In this document: in pieces, positions 1-22,877 of the stretch | Position numbering within the stretch: the stretch's first letter is position 1 | Layout: every line of letters starts with the position of its first letter | Assembly (NCBI GenBank): GCA_051362555.1 | Contig: CM120648.1 | Coordinates: 1,465,721-1,529,720, forward strand | DNA from: Lingula anatina | Taxonomy: Eukaryota > Animalia > Brachiopoda | Direction of reading: 5' to 3' | DNA length: 64,000 nucleotides | Translations under genes and position numbers: made by a program | Notes under the pieces: generated by a model | Seen by the model: the letters and a program-made list of their open reading frames with translations, nothing else | Database searches by the model: none | Told to the model about the DNA's origin: nothing

Positions 1-581
1 GAAAACCAATAGGCCTATTGTCTAGAAAATCACAAGAGTGATCAGTGTTAGGAAAATATAGGTCAATTTGAACATCTCCTTGATTGGACCATTTTAACTG
101 TTATGTTTTTTTGATTTTTTTTTTTTTTTTTGTGCATATTTTGAGAACTCTTGTTTATTGCATTTTATAGAGCTTGTCAAGCACAAGACTGGTGGTGGTG
201 TCCAATTTTTTTTTATTATTTTTTTGGGGGGGGGGTGTCCTTACGAATGTGCTTACTCCAGCTGGTGGTACAATATCCAGAGGCGGTATCGCCTCTCTGA
301 TCCTCTAGTTTTATGATTAATATTGACATTATTGATATTATTGACATCAATATTTTATGTCTGTAAAGGCATTTATCAAATTTTGTGGAATAAAATCAAA
401 TTTCCTTGAAAATTCAGCTAGATTTTCGATTATTGTCAGGCATAGATATCATAAAACAAGTCTTGTGATTATGAACAATTTTGAACAGGCAGATATATAT
501 TAAAGGATATTTTTGTGGACATAGTGTCAGAGCACACACATACAGGATCATGCATGCATCCTCACATAGTCTTGTATTTAG

Positions 582-796
582 GGCTGTATTCCCAGAGCTT
601 TTAGATCGATCTATCCCCGCGGGGAGTCTCACTAGATTACTGTCAGATAATCCGGCTTAAATGTCCGTCCCACCCACTACAAGCTGTAAGGGGGTAATTA
701 ACTTTCGTGTGCGTTCGGCTGACAGCTATTTAGCATGAACCCCCAGGGAGTTAGGTCGATCTAAAGTAGATCGATCTAATCTCTGGAAATGGGGTC
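582..796. mobile_element. 215-bp MITE, PIF/Harbinger-like (copy 1)
   Basis: Imperfect TIRs (GGCTGTATTCCCAGAG...TAGATCGATCT / AGATCGATCTAATCTCTGGAAATGGGGTC), 3-bp TSD TAG (579-581, 797-799); near-identical copy at 1152-1366. Confidence 0.75.
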
Positions 797-883
797 TAGG
801 ATCACATGCATAAATGTGTTCACAGACCAGTACTATTGCATTCACCTCTCTCCCTGACTCTCTCTCTCTCTCTCTCTCTCTCA

Positions 884-928
<45 letters not shown>

Positions 929-1151
929 TGGTAGCAAAATTCCAGCCTGGAGATAATAGAAACAGAAACCTAGTTATCAGTCCTTAACAAAGTTTTCCAA
1001 CAGATTTACCCTAAAAGCAAGTGACATGCCCACTTCCCTTATCAGGTCTCCATGTTGACACACATGTTTATAATACTAATACAAATACACTTCACTTCAT
1101 AAGAAGTAACTGAAAACCTGCACCCCTTATATATCTGACTGCTCCGTCTTA

Positions 1152-1366
1152 GGCTGTCTTCCCAGGGCTTTTAGATCGATCTGTCCCTGCGGGGAGTCTC
1201 ACTAGATTACTGTCAGATAATCCGGCTTAAATGTCCGTCCCGCCTGCTACAAGCTGTAAGGGGGTAATTAACTTTCGTGTCTGCCCGGCTGACAACTATT
1301 TAGCGTGAACCCCCAGGGAGTTAGGTCGATCTAAAGTAGATCGATCTAATCTCTGGAAATGGGGTC
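1152..1366. mobile_element. 215-bp MITE, PIF/Harbinger-like (copy 2)
   Basis: Same length and sequence as 582-796 with a few substitutions; different TSD (TTA, 1149-1151 and 1367-1369). Confidence 0.75.
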
Positions 1367-2317
1367 TTAGTCTCGGGGGCCTTTTCACATCAGTTTTAAA
1401 TAAAAGCTATTTGCAGACCAGGTGGCATGATTTTTTACCCTTGGTTAAATATAGTGAGATACAGTGGGGATTCCTCTGGAAAAGTCTGTTTGAGTTATTT
1501 TGTTGACTAATTAGGAATTAATTCATGTTTAAGTTTGGTCTGGTAAGAACCGGTGCTTAGATCTGGCTGTCTTTTCTTTTTGTCTTTAAAATTTATATTT
1601 GAAATGGAGTGCATGGGTAAATACCAGACCATCCTCATAGATTATTCAGAAAAAAATGTACAGCACAAAATTAATGCATATTTCAAGATTAAATAGTTCA
1701 AGGGATCAAGAAAAAAAACTACTAGTACTAAGCTGGATGGACAATATTTATGAGTGACTTCATGAATGAAATTTTAGAAAGAAAAAACAATGGGAACAAC
1801 AAGCATACATTACTTCTGTCTTGCCAATCAGGATTGTGTACTTTAGATTAGTAGGTAATTCTGTGGAATGCTGACAGCATTGTTTTCCCTACCACAGATT
1901 GTTATTAAATTACAGTTACAGGAGAAGAAAAATAGATGCCAGACATTATAAAGTCCATGTTGAAAAAAAGTTGTGGAGTTGACAAATTCTTTATTTAAAA
2001 CCTTTCTGCTTAAAACTGTTTTTGAATATATATATTAATTCTATTTTTAAAATGCCAAATCTTTTCAATACTTTAATACATGTATATACAACTTGTAAAT
2101 AATTAATGCTTTTAAAAATCTGATGTTGCTAGCACTTGAAATACAGTGCCAGCAGAGGGCACATCTAGCACAGTGAACAAAATTTAAGAAAAAAATCTTG
2201 TATTTATTTATTTATTTATTTAGTCTGCGAGGGTGTGGTTAAGATTAAACTAACACATTTCACACAATGACACATAGTGAATTCCTTTGTTAAAACCTTG
2301 CTGTATTTTGCCACCAG

Positions 2318-12318
<10,001 letters not shown>

Positions 12319-12320
12319 AA

Positions 12321-12397
12321 AAAGCAGGGCAACTTTTTAGAATGGATAGAAAAACAGTGCAGCTCTTTAGAATGGATAGAAAAACAGTGCAGCTTTC
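12321..12397 (+). repeat. 30-bp tandem repeat (~2.5 copies) just after the PI3K stop
   Basis: TTTAGAATGGATAGAAAAACAGTGCAGCT occurs twice in tandem. Confidence 0.8.
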
Positions 12398-14761
12398 TCG
12401 ATGTGTTAAGCAGTGCAGGAGGACAATTAGCGCAAGAATTTAGGAATGGAAGATACACTTCCATCTGATAACACACTTTATATTGTGGCTTTTTATATAT
12501 GTTTTTAACTTCATCCTGGTGAGTTTGCCTTCATAAAGGTGGACATATTTTGTTTTATTTAATGTAAGTGGGCAAACTGGCTTGTGTGAATGTTTCACTG
12601 TGGCAGTCTGAATTTAAAGAATAATATCCCTTCTTGTATGCACAAATCAAGCTATGCACAAGGCAATGCAAAAGTCCAACGTGGATTTTTTTAAACCCAA
12701 GATGTTTTATTTCACCAGGCAGCAGTTGCCTGTGAAGCCATGCATGCTATGAATTATGCATGGGCAAAATATGCCTTTATTTTAAGAGAAATATCATAAT
12801 TATTATCAGAGCTGCCAAGTAGTTTTCTTCTGGGGATCCACTGTGGTTATGATGTGTGATACTTGGCAGTCCACAGTTTCAGTGTTATATACGGCAATGG
12901 CTTTGAATTGAGTGACTTTGGGGTTTTAGATTTTGATCATCCTTTGGGATAGAAGAGATCATGATTCACTGCTGTTGATTTCTATTAGTGTAGATAACTG
13001 TTCACAGAATGAAGGATTACAAAGTAGAAATCTGCACCCAGTTTGTAAACATTTTATTGTATTTATTGCAGCTCTTAGAGTGAAGGATTTTAATGGCCAA
13101 AGAATGGCAAATGTAATTAGATGGAGAAGAAATTATTTTTATTCTATGTTCAGAGTACTATAGAGTACGGTTGATGACATCTGTGTGTATATGCAGAGAA
13201 TATATATATACCATGTTCAACATCATCTTTTATCACCCTGAGTTTTAACATAGTTACGGTTATATTCCACACCAAGCAATCCCTCTTTCACACTTCCAAA
13301 TCTTGAATTTCTGAGCACTGATGATAACTTAATTGTATCCTATGTGTGTGTTTTGAAATAATGACCGAGTTCTGAAAGAGCACTGCTTGTTGAAAGAAAA
13401 AGGGATAATCAAACAACTAAGGAACTCAGGGGGTCACATGTCATCCCATTAAAAAAACAGCAGAGTTTATTCATTTTGATATGAAAAAGAGATACATTTC
13501 CCATGTTATAGGATACACAAATTTTATTCTGTTTACTCCATGTTGGTAGGTTTGGAGCTGGTCATTCAGAGTTAGTTGGCTGTTGATATTTTATTGCTCT
13601 TTGTGTAACGCAGCTGCAGACTGCTCACATGAAGTGAACACCCTAACAGCATTTTGTGAAAATAATAATTGGAAGTTAAGTTTTAAGTCCATTTGGTGAA
13701 CAGATTGATTAGGATAGAAGTAGATTAAGTATGGCGTAATGAAAGCGATATTAGGGCTGTTTCAGGAAGGCATCTTTTGCTTATTTCTGACCGTTGCTGG
13801 ATTTTTGCAATGAGACAAAGCAAAATTTGCAACCAGTATAGCAAATTATCAGCTAAATGTAGTTTTCAGAAACAATTTTTTCAGCCACTCATTTTTCTTA
13901 GACCCTTAAACATTTTTTTCAAAGAAGAAGCCATTATATTGAATAATTGAACACACATTGCCATGTAATGTTTTATTCTATAGGCTCTGCATAAAAACAT
14001 TCCTTTTAAAAAGTTACAATAAGAAATTTGTGATGATCAAAGTTTTTAACTTCTTATCCATCATATTCCATGTAGTTTTATTACCAGTGTGATGAAATCC
14101 ATCAAGTTAAGCTGATGTTATTTCAGTGTAAAAAATTTTTCACTGTTTTAGTAGAATGTCATGTCTAAAGGTGTTTGATTTTCATATCTGTTATCAGGCA
14201 CTATGCAAGTAGTTCATACATATATAGTAAGAGAAGAATAAATGTAAAATTTTATATATTTGCCTTTTGTTATCATTTTAAAATGGTTGGGCCATTTTTG
14301 GTAATAATTAAAATTACAATAATAATGATAATAATAATAATAATCACGCCTCTGCCTACGAGGGCACGAGACATTTTGGCAAACACTGACGCTGGCTTTT
14401 CTTGGCTAATTGTTTAATCGATGGAAGTTTGGTGCTGTCTAGTCGGTTTGTTTTGGAAAACGCAAGTGGTGTTTGTGATTACGTGTTGTAATTTTTGTAG
14501 CAAAATCATAGATTTAATCAACATGGTGTTTTAAAGTTATACTGAATTTCATTTTTCAAACTACTTGCATACTGGTGTCAACTTATTCTATGGCAGACTT
14601 TTAAATGGAGAAATTCATTTTGAAGTATCAATTAACATTTTGACATTTCCTTGATTCTTGAAAAAAAAAAGGTTAAAATGGTATTGGCAAGTTTATAAAC
14701 AGTGGTCATTGTCAACTGCAAAGTGAGTTATATTAACATTTAAAACGTATAAGAACTTAAC

Positions 14762-14908
14762 ATGGGAAATGGCCAGTCGACCAGGGGACGCAGGAATAGG
14801 AACAGGCAGGACTTGAACGGCCCCCCAGACCCTGTGAGAAATGGAACGAGACGACGACGACGAGGTGAGGCCCGACTTAATGGTGACTGACACTAATAAT
14901 ACGGTCTT

Positions 14909-14956
<48 letters not shown>

Positions 14957-15511
14957 GCACACACACATATGACCATTTTCATGTAGTGAGGATTATTCAT
15001 AATTGAACTTACCATAAACTTGAAATTTCTCTAACAATTTATCTAAAAATAAGAAAATGAGATGTATAAAAATTTCTTGCCAACAGCTGCTCAGGACGAC
15101 CCCTTGATGCCACAACCAGCCATACCAGAGGAGCAGGAATCAGTTTCCTCAGTGGGAGGTCCGTCCTGTCACTCTGTGCTACGTAACAGACATCGTCCCA
15201 GCACTGATTCCAGGTTGTCAGCAATAGCAGGAGCAATGCCTGATTACCGCCAGTCAGATGGTAAGGTTGAACATTGGGGTGGGATCTCGCTATGCACCAA
15301 AGTCACCCAAAATGACTCTCTAATATTGTTTTAAACATCAAATAACTTTATATTTCAATTCTGCATCCCAAATTTCATTTTTTTTCTTGAACTTCATAAA
15401 ATGATTGTCTTCAGATCAAGATCTGTAGAGGAGAAATATGTTTTGCAGCTCAGACGAAAGTGAACATCCATTTTGCAACATGACAACCCACTTCCTAACT
15501 CAGGAGCTGCA

Positions 15512-15554
<43 letters not shown>

Positions 15555-16708
15555 ATTCGACATGATAACTAAGCTATCTCTATCATCCTTTCAGACAAAT
15601 TTGCAGAATTGCCCCACGATTCAAGTTCCAAATGTTGGTGTCTAAGATGGTAAGATACTAATTATTATTAATTATTATTAATTAATTTTTTTTTTCATAC
15701 AGACAGTTTGAGGTCATGGTTACCTTCTGTCACCCAGCTTCACCATGAAGTTTTAGCCTCCCTCCAAAATGACGAGAATGAGGTCATTGAGCAGGCCATG
15801 CTGAACAGCTACAATCAGCACACTCAGGCCAGTATGGCAGCAAATCCCAATGTGGCAGCAAATTCCAATATTGCAGCAAATTCCAATATGGCCTCTCTGA
15901 CAGCAAATTCTGGCATGGGACCCAGTGCAAGACAAGAAGAGAATGGCACAGGAAATCTTGAAAATCAGTCACAGAGGACGCAGCAAAGTATGTTGAAGTG
16001 GGTTAAATAGAAAATGAACAACATTAATTAACTGGCACAGCTTTCAAAAATTATGAAGCAATCTTTGCTTGAAATTTGTTATATGTAGTAGTTCTGTTTA
16101 TTTATATTTGTTGTTGTTTTTCATTTTTTTAATGATTACTTGAATTATTATTTAGGTGCCTTAAGGAGGAGTCTCAGTGCAGTTGCATCAGACCTATGGG
16201 TCCCTTTCTCTCCTGAATCATTTGGTACAGGTAATAACTTTGATATGTTAACCTAATGTGGAAAGGTGGAGTGAAAAACTACTGAAAAATAAATAGTTTG
16301 GCTTAAGAGAAAAATATTATTATTACTGAAATATAATTGTTGTGGCTTTTTTTATTCTTATTATTTTAATTTATTTTAATTTTTTTTCATTATATATATG
16401 TGACAAGAATTGTTTTTACGTTTAGATATTATCACTTTTGTGTTAATTTGTCTGAAATATTTTACATTACCCTTTTCACAGGCTGGGATTTGGTGCTTGT
16501 TATTATGTGGGGTGTGTTCATCCTCCCAATATTGGCTGTATACTGGCTGATAAAAATCTCCTATCAAGAGTGGAACCAAACTGGGAGAAGACCTGTGCAA
16601 ACAAGAACGGGGTCAAGGTCAAGGTCACAATCCAACCCAGGGTCAAGGTCACATTCAAATAATAGACGATGTCTTAGCAGGTCAAATGCAAACAGACCCA
16701 CAAGTTAA
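14762..16708 (+). CDS. Uncharacterised 304-aa membrane protein (6 exons): N-myristoylation motif, Cys cluster, UIM-like helix, C-terminal TM helix, R/S-rich tail
   Basis: Exons 14762-14864, 15087-15260, 15595-15649, 15707-15987, 16156-16230, 16482-16708 have GT-AG ends and matching phases (1,1,2,1,1), total 915 nt with no internal stop; AATAAA about 25 nt after the stop. Starts MGNGQSTRGRRNRNR; TM WDLVLVIMWGVFILPILAVYWLI. Confidence 0.7.
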
Positions 16709-18010
16709 TGTTTTAACCAAGATTTGTGCATAAAATAAAGCTGTCACAACTCTTCTCTGAATGTGTTGGAAGATGCAGTGTGTATGTTGGTCATAAGTAA
16801 AATTTATGCTATAATCTCCACTTAAATGGTTCTATATCTTCCTTAAATATTTTCTCAGATAGATAAAAATATGGTGAATTTGGATGTCATATCTTATGTG
16901 TTTACCTGTAAAAAATTTTGAATATACAGCTGAGTATATGGTTGACCTGCAACAGTTTCATTTTAGGCAAACAGCATATAATGTACTCTGATCTAGGATA
17001 TTGCTACTAAAGTACTTGTAACTACTGTACATTTACTGGGTAGCATGTAATGGTGGGGGTAGCTGCTCCCTGAGCTACAGAGATAACTTGAAACGAACCT
17101 CTACATTATAGAATATCCTTGTTGTTTCCAGTAACTGGATGTTTGTTTCAATTTAACTCTGAAGCTAAGGGTGAGGCAGCGGGCACAAGGATAACAGATT
17201 AATGTCAAGCTAGTATACTGTACAATACTAGTAGCTAGATGAGGCAAATATAAAACAGTAAGGCAAACGGCATAAATTATCATACTGTATGCTATTATAG
17301 ACATGTACACATATAGCTGTTGAGGGTTACATGTGTAGTAATTGGACTAATTAAGTGTACATTAATTTGTTAATTACATACAGGTACACGTACTGTACTG
17401 TACATGTACTGTGGTGTAGGGATGCCAGTTAACTTTTTTGAATGGCAGATTCCAAAGATATTTGTCTCAAGTTAAAAATTGTAACTTAACTTTTTATGAC
17501 TTAAAATTTAACTTTTACTGAATGACTTACCTGTTACTGGTAATATTTGCAACATATTGTTTGTTACTTGTTTTCGCAAGCCTTGCACAATGGTTTATGA
17601 TAGAAGTTAAGCTGCAGTGATTATCTTTAGCTGCAGTGCGTGCATGATAAAGATTCCTTGATAACCAGAAAAATATTTTTAAACAATATTTTTATTTGTT
17701 GACATGTTACCTTTATCATAATTATTAACATTACTACCATTATTATTTTTTTATTATCACTATTATTAAAATATGAATTTCCCAAATCTTTGTTTGTTTG
17801 ATTGTTTTAAAAATTTTGTAGAGTACTTTACTTTTAAGAAAAGGACATACGCGTGTGAAAATATTGTTATTATTCAAATATAATATATGCAGAATAAACA
17901 AACAAGAAAAAAGACTGAACCACAGACAAATATTCCCTCATCAAATTGGCATTTGATTGTTTTGTTAAGTCTTCCACGATAGGTCATGTCAACGCGATTC
18001 CCTCAGGTGC

Positions 18011-18075
18011 GCCCAATCACAAAATGTCTCACAAATTCTCTGACCTCTCGCGAGATTTCTGCATCGCGGGATTTT
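18011..18075 (+). promoter_or_regulatory. RCC2 proximal promoter: CCAAT box and TCTCGCGAGA palindrome
   Basis: CCAAT at 18013-18017 and perfect TCTCGCGAGA at 18046-18055 in a locally CpG-rich patch about 110 bp upstream of the ATG. Confidence 0.55.
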
Positions 18076-18161
18076 CGCAAGTGCTCTTGAGTTCAACTTG
18101 TGCTTTTGATCTGGAATATTGAAAAACTATCAACTTCAGCAAGACGCTGATTAAAACTGAC

Positions 18162-21100
18162 ATGCCACCCAAAAAGAGAAAATCGGAAGGCGAAAATGGA
18201 GCCGCCGCAAAGCGGGGTCGAAAGAAGAAGACGGCGGCACAAAAAGGCGACGATTTTTCAGACTCGGACAAAGAGCCGGCTGATATAGACCACGAAGATG
18301 ACGATCTCAACCTTTCGACGGACGGCGGATATTCCGAAGTCGTACGTTGTCTTTTACTAATGGATTGATAAATATTTAACTTAATTTTGGAGAATGGGAT
18401 ATATGGTCTATGTGTGTTTGTTATCTGTGGTGTGGAAAGCATAATTTCGTTTGTTTTCTTAATCAGGTCATGCTTGTTTTTGTTGTTGGACAACAATGGG
18501 CCAAACAAAAGACCGACGAATGATTGAATGAATAAATGAATGAATGAATCAGGGTTTCATAAATAAATTTACCAATTCAGGAACCACCGGGTATTATTAT
18601 TAAGACTCGGATATCCTTTTACCAATATTAATGAGATGTCGCCAGTCAGGAAAAAAAGAATAATTTGTTTGAGTACCTAATTATGTATTAATATACCTCA
18701 ACATATGCCATATATACCTCAATCATTTGTATTGAAATCCCAGCTCTGAGGGCCAGGCCAGTGTGTGTATTATGAATTAATTCTAATAATTTGTCACTAT
18801 AATCCCTTGAAGTAAAAAAGTAACGCAGCAGGTTTTATTTTTTCAGAGGATCGAAGGCTCTCAGGTAAGCGGAGAACTGCTGTTTTGTGGCGGAACAAAC
18901 TGGGACCTCATTGGACGCAACCAAGTTCCCAAAGGAGGTATATATTTTGGCATTTGTTAACTGCTGATCAAATGTTTAGGGATAATTTTTCTTTTTTTTT
19001 TTTCACAGTTTCTGAAGCAAAGAAATAAATTAATATTTCAGTCCGCAGTCTGTACCAAAAACTTGTCAAAGCACCCATCCACTGGACCAAAGTAAAAACA
19101 AAGTTAATTAACAACTTTTTATTAACAATGGCATGAGACCAGTGTTGATACCTTTGACTGATCTGTGATGATTATTTTTTATTTAGATTTAACATAATAA
19201 AGAAAAAAAGTAAGCTTACTGGCTGTTACCCAAATTGCTGCATTAAAACCTGTGGTTAGCCTAACTTCACGTAATTTTTTTTTTTAGTCAAGAATCTTGG
19301 TGGACCAAACTTATGGGGACCTCACAGGATAGAAGGCTGGTCTGATATCAAGGTCCGGACTGTCGCATCAGGGTGCACGGCTTGCCACAGTATCATTATA
19401 ACTACAGAAGGAAAAGCCTACAGCTTTGGTGAGTTTAGTCCTGGATAGAAATTAAAGTCGTTTCTTGGGAAAGGCCTACAGCTTTGGTTAGTTAAATCCT
19501 TGTTAGTGAAATAAAAATGAGATGAGTCTTTGGTAGATGGAAAAATCAGTACGGAAATTGGATTCATCTCTGTATGGCAAAACGTTATGAAAATAAGTGG
19601 ATGGAAAAGTCTAGTTTTGTTGGGCTCAATCCTAGTTAGAAAAAATTAAGGGAAGTGCATTGAATTCTGGTTACAGTTGCATTATAATAAACACCGTTGT
19701 CCATGTACAGGTCGCAATGACAAAGGTCAGCTAGGTCATGGCGACACAAAGAGAAGAGACCTCCCCACACTCATCGAATTCCTCAAGGACTTTAACATAG
19801 TGGATGCAGCTCTAGGAAAGAACCATAGTTTATGTCTCTCTGACAGGGGGACTGTGTTTGCCTTTGGAGAGAATAAAATGGGCCAACTTGGGCTGAATAA
19901 TCAGACACAGTGCGTGCCAACACCAACAAGGGTAAATGAGTTCCCCAGTCTTCTTCTGTTCAAAGTTTTATATCTTATGCTCACAACTAAAAATAGTGAA
20001 AGATTTTTTCCAAGACCTTTTGGCTATTGCCCATAGCCTTGACCACTTTAAAACATGATAATGATGACATAATTTTGTGAAGAAAGTTTTTCAGTGTCAG
20101 CAAAGATTACAATTGTAACATAATGAATTAATCTCAAAAATCCATCATACTGTCATAGAGTGTCAGATTCATTCATTATGTTACAATTGTAATTTCAAAT
20201 ATTTAATAATATTTAAAGCAATAATAACTCTTCGTTTCGGCCAAAAAATGAATTTTCCTGGAGTAAACAACAATTTTCCCATACTTACCAATGGTTAATG
20301 AATCCATTTTTACATTCAAAGTTAGTCCCTGGTTTTTTTCTAAAAAGTTTGGTTTTTTGTTAAAATCTCTTAAGAGATTTTAACAGAGTATAGACATCAA
20401 TGGAGGTCACGTGGTCTAAAGCCAAGTTCAAATATCAGAATAAAAGCTATAACTGCTGTTTTTGTGGTAAAACAGAATATATTATATTTCTATGAGTTAT
20501 TCACAAGGTTATTATTGTGAAATATAGGTCTCATACAAAGAGTTATTATGCCTTTAATAGAATACATTTATATGAAATTTTAAAAAAAACCTGTTTCACA
20601 ATCATTTCTGGTTTTCAGATTAAATACAAAGGTCCCCCAATTCGCAGAGTGGCGTGTGGTGGAGAGTTCAGCATGATAGCAGACATTAGGGGGAATCTGT
20701 ACTCATTTGGGAGCCCAGAGTGTGGACAGCTTGGTAAGGAGAAGTGTGTGTGTGCGTGCATGTGTGAGAAAGTGTATGGGTGAGAGAGAGTGTGTAGTAG
20801 AAAGAAAGCAAGAGAGAGAGATGGAGGGAGTGTGTGTAGGAGAGACAGTTTGTCATATTGTATTTGTGGTTTTTATTCATTTGTTCTGAAAATTATTTGT
20901 TTATCTATTTATTGCACTCTTAATAGGGAATACAGATATTGTTCAAGATAATAATGCTGAGGCAGATTTTATTTTAAACTGTAAAAGGAAGCATAATGCT
21001 TTTAATTTGTTCTCTGACCAAATTTTACATTATTTTTCAGGCCATAACACAGATGGTCAGTATTTCGTAACCAGCAGTAAACTGGCCTACGCCTGTGAGA

Positions 21101-22131
21101 TAAGGCCACGAAAGGTTGCCGTGTTCATTGAGAAGTCACGGGAGGGCGTACAACCAGTAAATGATGTAGATGTACAGGACATTGCATGTGGGATCAACCA
21201 TACTGTAAGTTTTTTTTTTTTTTTTTTTTTTTTTTTTCTAAATCAAATAAATAAACATATTGGTACTAGTAGTATTTGGCTTTTCAGAGCAGTGTCTTTG
21301 TCACTTTAGGACAAAAACATCCTTCTCTTAAGTTTATAGTGAAAATTTCACTTAAAAAATCTTCATCATGAGTGGTCCGCTTAAAAGTTAAATTTGGAAT
21401 AAAATCTATTCTAGGTTATTTTGGATTCCAAGAACCGTGTATTTTCTTGGGGGTTTGGCGGCTATGGGCGTCTTGGTCACACAGAGCCAAAGGACGAGTT
21501 GGTCCCCAGGTTGATCAAATTCTTTGATGGACCAAAGCGAGGTGCAAAGGTCATTGCTGCAGGGACTTGTTATTCTATGGCAATCAGTGAACTAGGTAAG
21601 CTGGGGAAAGGCAGGGGTGGCGCTAGCAATTTTTTTCGTTTAGCCAGATTACTACTACTACATCGCTTTTTTTGTTCAAATGGTTTAAATTTGACTATAA
21701 TATGTTGATAATAAGATAAAATGAAGATATATATTGATATGTATTGAATTGCGTACTCCCTCATAATTTCAGGACAGCTATACCTGTGGGGGCAGACCAA
21801 GTCCACGGGGGAAGTGGCCATGTACCCCAAACCTGTCAATGACCTTCAGGGCTGGAATGTCCGCAGTATAGGCTGCAGGTAGGGATATATCACCTTTCTG
21901 TGCTCTTAGTGTGAGGTTTTATTCTAAAGAGTGTCTGCAATGTTTGTGTGTGTGTGTTTTTGTGTGTGAGTTCTTTGCATCATTAAAATGCGAGAGTCAG
22001 AAAATAAGTAAATATTGGTCTTACTGGCAACTCCACCTTATATGGGAAGTTGTGTCATCTGCATTTACCAACATTATGATTATGATAACTTTTTATGTAG
22101 TTTGATTTTTACTAGCAATTATTTGAATTTG

Positions 22132-22182
<51 letters not shown>

Positions 22183-22877
22183 GACAAACTTGAAATTATT
22201 TGAATTTCATTATTTTGCTGTAAGTCCACTATTTTATATTTCTTTATAATTTTTTGAATGCGTTTGAATTTTTTCTGTTACTCCATCCGTTTCATATTTC
22301 AGTAACAGGAGCATTGTTGTGGCGGCAGACGACAGTGTTATAAGCTGGGGACCCAGTCCAACCTATGGCGAATTGGTAAGATCAAAGACAGAGATTCTCT
22401 CTCCTTTTTGGAGGATTTCCTCTTTGCTTTGAGTATAAGAGAATTAAGTAATGTAGTTTTTTATTTCTCTCTGAGTAAAAGTGATTTGAGATTTTTTTTC
22501 TTTTGATTTCATCCCCTTTTTGAGGAAAAAAAATTAGAAAGTTTGTCAGATTTTGAATACAGTGCTAGTAAGGATTTTTCCCATATGAATATTTTAAGTT
22601 CCCCTCCATTCTAAGAGAGATTTTTCTTACTAGACAAAAACATGTATTCCATTGAATTGTTTAGATATGACTGTATTATCATCTGTAGGGTTATGGTGAA
22701 GACAAGCCAAAGTCCTCCACTCAGCCACAAGAGGTGAAGAAACTGACAGGCATCTTCATAGAAAAGGTATCCTGTGGATACGGACACACGCTTATGATTG
22801 CCAAAAATGACACAGAAGAAGCAAGAGAACAACTCAAGAAACTGCCCCAGGTTGCTTTTACCAACGAGCTGTCGTAG
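18162..22877 (+). CDS. RCC2: Regulator of chromosome condensation 2 (RCC2/TD-60), 10 exons
   Basis: Exons 18162-18341, 18847-18937, 19288-19428, 19711-19931, 20619-20733, 21041-21204, 21415-21595, 21773-21878, 22303-22375, 22689-22877. RCC2-type motifs TNWDLIGR, NLWGPHR, GRNDKGQLGHGDTKR, GQLGHNTDG, WGFGGYGRLGH, SWGPSPTYGELGYG; N-terminal NLS PPKKRK. Confidence 0.95.
20106..20193. repeat. Short inverted repeat/hairpin (MITE-like) in an RCC2 intron
   Basis: ATTACAATTGTAACATAATGAAT ... ATTCATTATGTTACAATTGTAAT, perfect 23-bp arms. Confidence 0.6.
20217..20553. mobile_element. TTAA-flanked non-autonomous DNA transposon (Kolobok/piggyBac-like MITE)
   Basis: TIR cores ATAATAACTCTTCGT / ACAAAGAGTTATTAT, TTAA on both sides; inverted homolog at 51033-51357. 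Confidence 0.75.

Noticed and set aside
14841-14864. Alternative start MERDDDDE for the orphan gene
   Set aside because: Phase 0 gives a stop with the 15087 acceptor and would need the weaker AG at 15094; the 14762 ATG fits directly. Not fully excluded without RNA data.
15415-15483. Extra exon(s) of the orphan gene after AG sites at 15414 and 15448
   Set aside because: In the required phase they reach TAG or TGA unless weak donors are used; the model is in frame without them.
18029-18508. 159-aa minus-strand ORF over RCC2 exon 1
   Set aside because: Antisense shadow of the RCC2 exon with no independent motifs. The same applies to 56243-56695, 33414-33629 and 33714-34073.
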